DNA of 64,000 bases, taken from positions 1,047,879 to 1,111,878 of the forward strand of contig MU057801.1 of the NCBI GenBank assembly GCA_013265495.1. Reading direction: 5' to 3'. This document shows positions 38,020-48,693 of this stretch, piece after piece. This stretch comes from Vicugna vicugna. Taxonomy: Eukaryota. A program made the translations under genes and the position numbers. The notes beneath the pieces were generated by a model. It did not search any database, was not told the origin of the DNA, and worked only from the letters and a program-made list of their open reading frames with translations. Numbering within the stretch: position 1 is the stretch's first letter; each line of letters begins with the position of its first letter.

Positions 38020-38630
38020 TAATTGCTGGTGGGAATGTAAAATGATGCAGCCGCTTTGGAAGACAGTTCACAGTTCCTCACAATCTTAAGACATGCTTAC
38101 CATATTACCCAGCAACTCCACATGCCAGAAAGGTGAAGACCTGTATCCATACAAAATCTTGTACACAGATGTTCATAGCAGCAGTTTTCTTAATAGCTAA
38201 AAAGTGCAAACAATTTAGATGTTCATCATCTGACAAATGGATAAACAAAATGTGATATATCCATTGCAATGGAATGTTACCAGTCATTAAACAGAATGAA
38301 ATACTTACACCTGCTACAGTATGTGTAAACCCTGATTGTGTCAAATTAAAGAAGTTAGTCAAAAAATATTGTGTAATTCAGTTTATATGAAATGTCCAGA
38401 ATAGGTAAATATTAGAGACAAGCAGGTAGGTAAATGGTTGCGTAGGACTGAGGGAGGATCAAGGAGGATGGGGAGTGATTGCTAAAGAGAATGGGGTTTC
38501 TGTTTGGGGTGATGAAAATGTTCAAAAGTTGACTGATGACTGCACGACTCTGTAAATATACTTTAAAAATCTTGAATTGTATACTTTAAAAGTATGAAAT
38601 TTATGACTGGTGAATTGTATCTCAAACTGT
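38020..38630 (+). mobile_element. L1MB-type 3' end, sense to KIZ
   Basis: attgctggtgggaatgtaaaatg.tgcagcc.ctttggaa...atgttcatagcagca...atggataaacaaaatgtg...tgggggtgatgaaaatgttc-like motifs. Confidence 0.8.
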
Positions 38631-39059
38631 TTTTAACAGTTTAAATCAAGTTTAACAATTTAATAGCAACTTAATTTCAGTAGCATGCCAAAACCTCGAT
38701 CCTATATAGCTCCATTCCTTTTCTGCTCCTTTATGATATTATTGTAATACAAACTGTGTTTTTATATCTTATATGCTGCTCGACAACATAGATTTACAAT
38801 TATTGCTTGATGAAGTTGTCTCTTGAATCATATAGGAGAAAAAAGAGTTACACACAAAAAAAGTATTTATAGCACAAATACAATGTAGTTACCCTTACTA
38901 GTGCTATTTATTTCTTAATGTGGACTTGAATTACTGTGTAATGTCTTTTCATTTCAGCCTAAAGGACTTCTTGTCGTATTTCTTATAGGAAAGGTACAAG
39001 AGTGACAAATTGTTTTTGTTTAGTGAGGAACATTTTATTTCTCCTTCATTCTTTTTAAC

Positions 39060-39770
39060 TTTTTTTTTTAATTGAGTTAGAGTCAGTTTACAATGTTGTG
39101 TCAATTTCCGGTGTAGAGCAAAATTTTTCAGTCATTCATGAATATACATATATTCATTTTCACATTCTTTTTCACTGTGAGCTACCACAAGGTCTTGTAT
39201 ATATTTCCCTGTGCTATATAGTGTAAACTTGTTTATCTATTCTATATATACCTGTCAGTATCTTATAAATCTCGAACTCCCAGTCTATTCCTACCCACCC
39301 CCCTCCCCCCTGGCAACCACAAGTTTGTATTCTATGTCTCTGAGTCTGTTTCTGTTTTATATTTAAGTTAATTTGTCTTCTTTCTTTTTTTATTCCACTT
39401 ATGAGTGATATCATGTGGTATTTTTCTTTCTCTTTCCGGCTAATTTCACTTAGAATGGTATTTTCCAGGGACATTCATGTTGCTGCAAATGGCATTATGT
39501 TGTCATTTTTGTGGCTGAATAGTATTCCATTGTATAAATATACCACAGCTTCTTTATGCAGTAATCTGTTGATGGACATTTAGGTTGTTTCCATGTTTTG
39601 ACTATTGTAAATAGTGCTGCTATGAACATTGGGGTGCAGGTGTCTTTTTGAATTAGGGTTCCTGCTGGATATATGCCCAGGAGTGGGATTGCTGGGTCAT
39701 ATGGTAAGTCTATCCCTAGTCTTTTGAGGAATCTCCATACTGTTTTCCACAGTGGCTACACCAAACTGGA
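39060..39770 (-). mobile_element. Younger lineage-specific L1 3' end
   Basis: Minus ORF MSLENTILSEISRKEKEKYHMISLISGI (ORF2p end); flanked by identical TTAAC-T10 copies. Confidence 0.9.
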
Positions 39771-40283
39771 TTAACTTTTTTTTTTAATTGAAGTGTATTT
39801 GAATTACAGTGTTGTGTTTCTCCTTCATTGTTTGTTTTTTTTGTTTGTTTGTTTTCTTGTTTTCTTTAAATCTTCATTTTTGAAGGAAAGTCTTGATGGA
39901 TATAGAATTCTTGATTGCCAGTCTTTTTCTTTCAGCATTTTGATTATGTTATCCTACTGCTCCCTGGCCTCCATGGTTTCCAATGATAAGTCACCGCTTA
40001 CTGAGGATCCGTTTTATGTGAGGCATCCCTTCTCTATGTTTGCTTTCAAGATTCTCTTTTTCTGACTTCCAGCAGCTTGATGATGGTACATCTAGGTGAA
40101 GCTCTCTGAGTTTGTTACACTTGGGCTTGTTGAGCTGCTTGGATGTGTAAATTAATGTTTCTCATCAAGTTTGGGAGCTTGATGATGTCCCACCAGTCTC
40201 TGAGGTTCTGTTCACTTTCCTCCACTCTTTTTCTTTCTTTTCCTCAATCTGGAGACTCTGAATTGACCTATATTCAGGTATGT

Positions 40284-40321
40284 TGATTCTTTCTTCTCTG
40301 CCTGATTCTTTCTTCTCTGCC
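40284..40321. repeat. Perfect 19-bp tandem duplication (TGATTCTTTCTTCTCTGCC x2)
   Basis: Direct observation. Confidence 0.95.
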
Positions 40322-42715
40322 AAGCCCCTCTACTGAATTTTCATTCTGCTGATTGTACTTTTCAACTGGAGAATTTCTATTTGTTTCTGTTTTTTAAATA
40401 ATTTCTATCTCTTTATTGATCATCTCTGTTTGGATATATTTCTCATACTTTCCCTTAGTTCTTTAGACATGATTTCCTTTAGTTCTTTGAACGTATCTAA
40501 ACTAGCTGACTTAAAGCCTTTGTCTAGTAAGTTCAACGTCTGCCCGTCCTCAGGGATGGTCTCTCTTGACTGCCTTTCCCCCACTCTGTATGGATCGTGC
40601 CCTCTTGTTTCTTTTAATGACTCGTCACTTTCTGTTAACATTTGGACATTTTAAATAATAAAAATATGGCCACTCTGAACATCATTTTCTACCCCCGCCC
40701 AGAGTTTACTGTTTTTGTGTGTTTGTTTAGTGACTTTCTGAATTAATTATGTAAAGTCTGTATTCTTTGTGATATGTGGTCACTGAGGTTCTGTTCAGTT
40801 AGCTTAGATACCAGCCAATGATTAGACAGAGCTTTCTTTAAATGCCTGAAACCAGTAAGTCTCACAGTCCTTGCCAAGGGGCTTTGGGTGTCTTTTGGGG
40901 CACACCTTCAACACTCATCCGGGCAGTTTACAGCTCCACCTTAGCCATCACATGAGTGCCAGTGCAAGCTTCAGGGTAAGCCTGAGGTGAGAGCCTAGGC
41001 CCTTCTCAGGACTTCTCCTGAGCTGCCCGTAGTCTAGATTTCCAGTAGTATGTTGGAGCTTTCCAAAGCCCCCTGTGGACATCTCGTTCACCAGCTTTTC
41101 CTTTTACGTTATTTCAGTTACCCTGTTGTTTGCCCAACTGTTACCCACTGCCTTAGGCAGCCTCAATATTAAACAACTGCTTCTGATTATTTTTAATAAC
41201 TGCCCCTAGGGGAAAGGCTGTCTGCATGATGTCCGCTCTAAGTCAGGTTAGATAAACACAGTCTTGTGAGGGTGGTCTTGCGGAAACTCACTAGACAGGT
41301 CAAATCACGACAGCTCTCTGGCAGTGGGCTTTGAAGGGGTTCCGATCCTTCTTTGCTCCCTTTCAGTGTCTATAAGGCTGCTGATTTCCAAGGTTACTCT
41401 AGATCTGAGGAGGGGTAAGTGGGAATAGGGCAAGTTAAAACATGTGAGGTGCACTGTTCTTACCACTATTCAGATGTTTTTCTTGAATCAATGCTCCGCA
41501 GATTGCTGCAAGCTTTTGGTTAATTTCCAGAGTTTGAAAAGGTATTCTCAAGATGTTTTCCAGTGTTACTGTTTCTTTTACAGAGCAGAGGACGTTGAGA
41601 GGTCCTTGTTCTACTCTTTCTCTGACATACCTTTTCAGTTGTTTTAGCTTCAACGTTGTTTGTTTTATCTTTGGAAATATGAGAGAGAGTATGTTTGAAG
41701 AGAAGTGAGTCCTGGCGTCTGTCTCAACCATGTGAATGGCATGTTCTCTCTGAAAACACTGGCCTCAGTTTTTCCATCTGCAGAGGAGGTGTGCAAATGC
41801 ATCTCTCCATCTCTTCTCCCGTCCTCTGTGGATTAAATGTGTTATGTATTTGGAGAAGCTTTGATCCCTTTGGAGGAAAAGCAGTTAACTTCTCTAAGGC
41901 TGCAGGACTGTTACTTCCCAGTCTGCTTCCCATTGTGTGCCCCGGATTGGGCCACTGAACCAACTGCTCTGTTCTTCTCCGCACTCCGCCCCACCTCTTT
42001 CTAAGGAAGGGACAGTGCTCATTCTCTCCGTAGACATGCCAGTAAATTTAAATTGCTTTAAATGTCTTTAAAATTTCTTCAAGTAGTTCAGGAAAAATTG
42101 CAGTTGTTATTTGCAGTTTGATAGGAAGTTATGGTTATTTTGCACACATGCAGTATATTTTAATTCAATCATAAATATGTGGTTATTAGAAGTTTTTTTT
42201 TATTACACACAATACTAGAAATAGAGTTTTGAAAGCCCCAGTAGTCCTTTACATGCTACCCCTTTTCTTGGTGTCAAGTACCTCCCTAGCTCCATCAACC
42301 CAAGCTTCTCTGTGGAAAGTGGTTAGAACTCACAACTTACTTTTTCAGTTGTGCTCAAATATACTGAACATAAAATTTACCATTTAAACCAAGCTGAAGT
42401 GCACAGTCCAGTGGCATTAAGTACATGCACGTGCTTTGCAATGTAATGTATGTATCTCTTTTTGAAAAATACAGATTCCACAGTTCCTAGACAATGTTTG
42501 CCTTGTGAGCCAACATCGTTATCACAGGTAAACAGTGTGGACTATGCTGTTTTGGTCATTCATTTTGCAGGAAGCCATGAGCTTTGTAAAATGTGGGAGG
42601 TGTTGATTTCATAGGTCAGGCTGCCTTTACCTCATTTCATTTCTGAAAACAACTTAAATAACCCAGTTGTTCATACACAGTATGTTTAACTTGCATCTCT
42701 TTTTTGGTGCTGCAG

Positions 42716-43361
42716 GTTGTAATGCCGGCTGAAATTAACAGCCAGACAGCCGTGTCAAGAGGATTGTATCAGCCAGCAACAACCTTTATGGGCCACCACC
42801 TGTCAGCCGTCTCGAGCATGGGAGATTTCAGTATGGAGCAGAAAACCCCCCAGCCCACAAAGAACTTTTCAATCCCTGACCCACGTTCACACCGGCAGAC
42901 AGCCCAGAGCAGAAATGTGACAGGCAGCTGTGTAGTACAAACTAATAGTGACACGCGGTGCTTAAGTAAGTCTGACAAAACAGATGGAAAGACATGTCTT
43001 CAGATGGGTGAGAAAACGCCAGTCACAGCTGGCGCATGGTCCGAGGAGGAACAGACTCATTGCTTGGAGACGGAAGGCAGCACGCGTCAGGGCAGGAGTA
43101 ATTTATCTGAAGGCCAGAAGTCTGTTGAACTCCATCCCCCGTTACGGGGGAGATTAAGTCCAGAGAACAGAGCCAGTGACTTAAAGGGTGACAGTTCCAG
43201 CAGATCCGAGGGATCCGAGGGAGCAATTCTGACATGGGAACATAATGAAGTCGAGGAAGACAGAGCCGGACTGCCAGTCCCTCCGGCATCAGCCTCAGAA
43301 TATGGCACATCTGAAAACAAGTGTCCTCCAGAGAGGCCGTCTGCCCGGGCAGCTTCCTCAG
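42716..43361 (+). CDS. KIZ: KIZ exon 5 (VVMPAEINSQTAVSRGLYQPATTFMG...ARAASS/D)
   Basis: Lies in ORF 42704-43408; tgcag| acceptor. Donor CAG|gtgggg gives phase 1, completing GAT (Asp) with exon 6. 646 nt. Motifs SRGLYQPAT and KNFSIPDP match kizuna. Confidence 0.9.
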
Positions 43362-43737
43362 GTGGGGCGAGAGGCTGCGATTGTCTGCTGATTTTTGTGG
43401 GTATTTAGTTTCTCTGGGCGGTGGTGGTCTTAGGTAAGAATACAAATACTGTCTAATTTTATCTTTGTCGAAAAACAAAGTTACTTTGCCAACAAATTCC
43501 ATTCTGATGAGTTCTTAAATACACATGTGGAAATACTTTTGCAAGTAAGTTCTCTGATTTTTTAAACCCACTGTGATTTTTTAAAAATTTTTCATAAGTT
43601 TTAAAATACTGCAAATAGCTGTGGATTGTTTCTGCACATTTCTCATGGATGAGGAATTCTTCTCTGTGAGGTAGAACATCTTACCCACTTCTCCCTGAAG
43701 TTCATGATCAGTAATCTGTTTATATCCCCTGTGACAG

Positions 43738-44053
43738 ATCATCTTCCTCGTGGGGACCCAGAGTCACAGAAGCCTTTCAGGAAAATGCAGGAAGAGGAGG
43801 CAGAGGAAAGTTCGATCAGCAGTAGTGACCTCACAGTGTCTGTAAGTGAAGATGATCTGATTTTAAAGAGCCCAGAACCACAGCCAAATCCAGGTGACAA
43901 CGTGGAGGGAGAAGACGGAACCGAGGCCTTAAATTTAATCCTCGCTGGGCGAGAAGGAGATGCCCCACTCATAGGGAAACATCATTGTATTTTGCAAACC
44001 CTGAGCTCTCCTGATTCAAAAAAGGAATCTTCCGCTAACTCACCAACAAGAGA
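43738..44053 (+). CDS. KIZ: KIZ exon 6 (DHLPRGDPESQKPFRKMQ...SDLTVSVSEDD...SPTR/E)
   Basis: Lies in ORF 43704-44057; gacag| acceptor, GA|gtaagc donor, 316 nt. Contains the DLT motif equivalent to the human PLK1 site Thr379. Confidence 0.93.
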
Positions 44054-45996
44054 GTAAGCCGCTCGGTTTTGGTTTTTTTTACTGTTCTGTTTTTAATTAT
44101 AGGCATTTTCAGAGACCATTTCATGGGGAATATATTATGGAACACTCAGCCATGAAGGTTTAAGCTCCGTAAGTCTCACAAATAGTCTTCTAGATAAGGG
44201 GTAATTTTCTTTCTTTTCTTTTTTTTTCCTTTTTTTTTTTTTAATGAAATAGCTTTGAGAGTCTGAGTATCATTGAAATCATGGTCCTTGGCAGTTAATA
44301 ATTGTATCTAAACAATCCATGGTTAATTCATAAGTCATTCTCCCACCCCATACCTGCCATCCTTTGAGAAAGTACATCATTTTGGAGTTGTTCTAACACA
44401 AGCGACAAACACTTAAACTTGCTAGGAAGTCAGCTTTAGAGACTAAGAACTTTGTGTCTAATTGATTTGCGTAATCCTTATATCCCTTGCCATAGTGTTA
44501 TTTTTGTCATATGATTAAATATGAGTTAATAAGGTTTTCTAAGCCAGTTTTCCTTTTCTGAATGTAAAAATGAGGACATTGGAATTTTTAAGGTTAAATA
44601 GGAACATTAGTATTATATATCTTGAGTACTTATAATATCCAACTCATAAAAGCTCATATATGATGGTTTTTACTAGTAATTGGAGATACTTGGAATTACA
44701 GAAGATGTAGAAACTGTTGAGAACCAGTCCTACAATAAAAGTAACACTAATGGCGTCAGTTCTCTTAAGGGTGGAAGGAACCCAAGTCAACAGCCTGAGG
44801 TGGGGCTTGCCTTTCACAATGAGGAAGCCAAGGCCAGGGGCACAGGAGCGACACACAGGCCTGGGGCTGGCCCCCCGGGATGTCGGTGCACCGTGAGGCT
44901 GTCGCCCTTTACCCTTTCTTCCCAGCTGCCCCAGCAGCAGTGAGAAGGTGGTGGGCGTCCTTGCGTGGGGGTGTGTTCTCTTCAAAGCACCACTGTCCCT
45001 GTTCATATGTTGCCTCTTAACCGCTCATTATCTCCTTACGGTGAGAAGTTTGATTCATAGTCTGACTGACTGCAAACTGATGTTTAAGAAATGCTGACTA
45101 AGAGCATCCAGGTACAAAGTGCTTGCGCTGTGGACGGAAGAACCAGCATGGCTCCTGCCCTTGGGAGGCTGGCTTCATTGCAGAGGCAAACCAAGTGCCT
45201 TTTCCTAGTAACAGCACGTCTGTCTCATCACAGAGGTGTGGGTGCTACGGACATCATCAGACACTTTATTACTAGAGAGAGAGCGCTTCTACTGTAGGCT
45301 GGTATTTGCAGGCTGCTTTTTACAGCAGCTCACTGGGCAAGTTAGTCCTTCGGTAGGCTAACTGGAGGACTAGTGAACCTCCCAGGGCTCAGTCTCTGTC
45401 TGCCATGAAACAAGTTGAGTATGTGTGTAGAATTACGAATGTTCTATTTCCTGTTGTCCTGTATGAATGACGTTTTCCTCTGACTTAAAACCGAGCTCCT
45501 TGAAATTTTGGGATCTGGTTTTCCAGATTTGTTGGAAAGTGGAGGTACTTGGGGAATTTTTGAGTGTTTATCTTAATAAAATACCTCAGAATGAAAGGTC
45601 AGTCAGCAGTGGTTGTTTTCTGTGTCTGTGTCACCCAGCTTGAGCCTGTGGGCTTTGTGTGGTGAAGGTCCTCCCCACGAGGTGGTGGAAGGTGGTTCTG
45701 AGTGATGCTGGTTGACCTGCCAGCGTCCTCTTATTTCCTCCTCAGCATGGGCCCTTCTCCTTTGCTCTGACGGGTCATTCTTAACCTGAGGCTGTGGCAT
45801 CCTACTTACCAAGTACCACTGTGACCTCAAAGGTCCCTATCTCAGTTTACTTGAGGATCTGGAGGGGGCCTGGAGAAAAGTTCCTCAAATGAATTTTAGT
45901 TAACAGAGGTGAAGAGGTGGGACAAAGGAAGACACACGGAAAGATGTGACCAGGAAACTGGAAGCTCCAATTTGATGGCAGCGATGATGGTCGCTT

Positions 45997-46298
45997 CAGG
46001 CACACCTCGAGATGTTCTAGATCAGTTCCAGGGCCCCACGATAAAACGAGTATTGCAGGAAAGCAAGTCACACTGGTATTTTGGTTTCCCGGTGTGCGTA
46101 AAAGCTGCGTTTTACACTATGCTGTCGGCTGTTAAGTGTACAGTAGCCCTATGTCTAAAAAACAGACATACCTTAATTTAAAAATATCCTATTGCTAAAA
46201 AATGCTAACCATTATTTGAAAATGCAGGGTTACCACAAACCTTCAATTTGTAAAAAAAACGTAGTATCTGCAAAGCTCAATAAAGCAAGGCCTGCCCA
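45997..46298 (-). mobile_element. Short Tigger1-derived MITE
   Basis: TIR caggcacacctc.gagat; attgctaaaaaatgctaac; ccacaaaccttcaatttgtaaaaaa. Confidence 0.8.
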
Positions 46299-46697
46299 AT
46301 ATTATGTCTGGTGCCGCTGAGTGGTGGCAAAGGGTCAGGAAAGGTTTTATACAGGTGACGATGCAGCATCTTGAAGGCTGTACAGGCTTTGAATAAGCAG
46401 GAGGAAGGAGTGGGGTAAATTGGGTCTGAAGGAAGAGTATGACCGGGAGTGCAGGTACGGAGAACACAAGGAGCAGGGCCGGCAGGGTGTGACTAACAGC
46501 GCTCTCGGCAGGCGTTGTTATAGCAGAGGGCTGACGTGTTGCCTGGCACCTGGTTGAGAAAGGCCCTGAATATCCAGCTGATTTATTTAGGTTCATCTCT
46601 GGGTTTCACAGAACGTTGAAGGCTCTTTTGAGAGAAGAGTAGCATGGTGAGTAACTTGACTCAGGAGAAGTAATCGGACATCCATTAGTTTCATCAG

Positions 46698-47292
46698 GTA
46701 GACGCAGACGGAATTCTGAGATGGCCCCTGAGATCCCTGCCCCCTGGCGTACACCTGTGTAGCCCCCTGGCCTCCAGCGCCCGCGGGACTGTGAGTTGGT
46801 GGAGCTCCCCCGCATGGCAGGCTGTTGTATGACAGGTTTAGAATTTTGCAGAAACAATGAAAGTCTCAGATCAATTGATTTTGAGCTAATCAAGAGGAAT
46901 TATCTAGAGTGGGCCTGATGTAAACAGATCAGGCTTTGGAAAGGACTGGGCTCTTACAGAAGTCAGAGAGATTCAAGGCCGCTGAGATATTCTCCTGTTT
47001 ACCTTGAAGACACGAGCTGCCATCCTGTGAAGGTGGGTGGTGGGAAATGGTGTGCGGCGTCTGGGAGCCGAGGGCCTCAGGCCTTCAGTCACAAGGACCT
47101 GAACACTGCCAATACCAGTGAACCTGGAAGCAGACCCTGAGCCATAGATGAGATTGTGCCCCAGCCAACACCTCAATTTCAGCCTAGTGACACTGAGCAG
47201 AGAACCCCGCTAACCTAGAACCAGACCCGGCACTGTGAGATAAATTTGTGTTACGTCCTTAATTTATGAGGCAGCAGTAGAAAATTAATACA
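46698..47292 (+). mobile_element. MLT1E-like MaLR LTR
   Basis: gaattctgagatggcccc...gattttgagctaatcaa..gattatc..gtgggcctga...gcagcagtagaaaattaataca. Confidence 0.7.
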
Positions 47293-48567
47293 GTTGACAA
47301 ATTGGAATCAAAGATTATAACTTTGCAATGGGTAGAAGTCACTCCGCGTAGTGACCTAAAACGGCTGGATCAGACGTGTTCTCGTGACGACAGGGTGGCG
47401 GAGTGAGCAGCCCAGCAGCCAGTAACCTGCGCTCGTCCTTCCCTGTACCCTCACCATCTGAGCAGGTGTGTTTCACACAGGGCCACGTGCGGGTGAGCAG
47501 GGGTGGAACCTGGGAGACTGGCAGGGACCTGGAAAGGTGGGTGTGCACGTCTGCATTAACCAACAAGCGGGTTCTCTTGCACATGTTACTGCTCTGGTTC
47601 TTTCTCTAGTGAATGAGCAATGTATTGAGACTTTGTTTTGTGTTGTGTGTTTACGGATACATGATGTCCGATATCCATCCACCTTTGCAGTGTCACACAG
47701 AAAAGTTTCCCTGCACCGTCCACTCATCTCTCTTTCCTTCTCATCACCCAAACCCCTGGTAACAGGGATTTTTTATTGCCTCTGTAGTTTTACCTTTTCC
47801 AAAATGTCATATATTTGGAATCATACTATATGTGACCTTTTCAGATTGGCTTCCTTCACTAAGCAAAATGCATTTTAGATTCCTTCCTGTCTTTTCATGG
47901 CTCAATATCTCATTTCTTTTCAGTGCTGAATAATATTTCATTATCTGGATGTACCACGGTTTACTTATGCATTCACCTACTGAAAGACCATCTTTGTGGC
48001 TTCCATGTTTTGGCAATGATGAATAAAGCTGCTGTAGACTGTGTGCAGGTTTTTGGGTGGACATAAGGTTTCAGCTCGTTTGGGACAATATCAAGGAGTG
48101 CAGTTGCTGGATTGTACGTGAGACTGCGTTTAACTTTGTAGGTAACCAACAAACTGCTTCCAGTGTCTTTGCCATTTTTATCCCCATGAGCAGTGAATAA
48201 GAGTTCCTGTGGTTGTCCATCCTTGTCAGAATTTGGTGTTGTCAGTTTTCTTGATTTTAGCCATCCTAATAGATACGTAGTGGTATCTCATTGTTTTAAT
48301 TTGCAATTTCCCTGATGACGTATGATGTTGAGCATCTTTTTATGTACTTATTTACCATTTGTATATCTTTGGTGAAATGTCTGTTCAGATCTGCCTGTTT
48401 TTTAGTTGGGGTGTTCATTTTTTTTATTGTTGAGATTTAAGTCTCTTTGTATATTTTGGATACAAGTCCTTTATCGCGGAGAGAATGTGTTTTACAGATA
48501 TTTTCTTTCAGTTTGTGGCTAGTCTCTCTATTCTCTTAACAGTGTCTTTTTGAGAAGAGAAGGTTTT

Positions 48568-48693
48568 GTGTTTTTGTTTTGTTTTGTTCTGTTTTTTCAA
48601 GCCATTAGGAGTGGCCAGCCCTCAGTGAGTGCCGTCCCATTACTACTGCTGAATTGAGCCACTCGAGGCACCCACCACCATCTTGAGAGCCCC
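48568..48693 (-). mobile_element. Unassigned short retroposed sequence (96-nt body + A-rich tail, 10-bp TSD) inside L1
   Basis: AGAAGGTTTT at 48558-48567 and 48694-48703; T-rich tract 48568-48597; the host L1 reads continuously when the insert is removed. Confidence 0.8.

Larger units (their letters stand above)
38640..41640 (-). mobile_element. Old L1 (ORF1 / 5' region), interrupted by younger inserts
   Basis: atttctccttcatt..tttgaagga...gatatagaattcttg; minus ORF QTLNLLDKGFKSASLDTFKELKEIMSKELRESMR resembles an old L1 ORF1p. Confidence 0.7.

Noticed and set aside
37632..38081. 149-aa minus-strand ORF as a processed pseudogene
   Set aside because: Begins in antisense L1 and crosses a poly-A tract; no recognisable parent protein.
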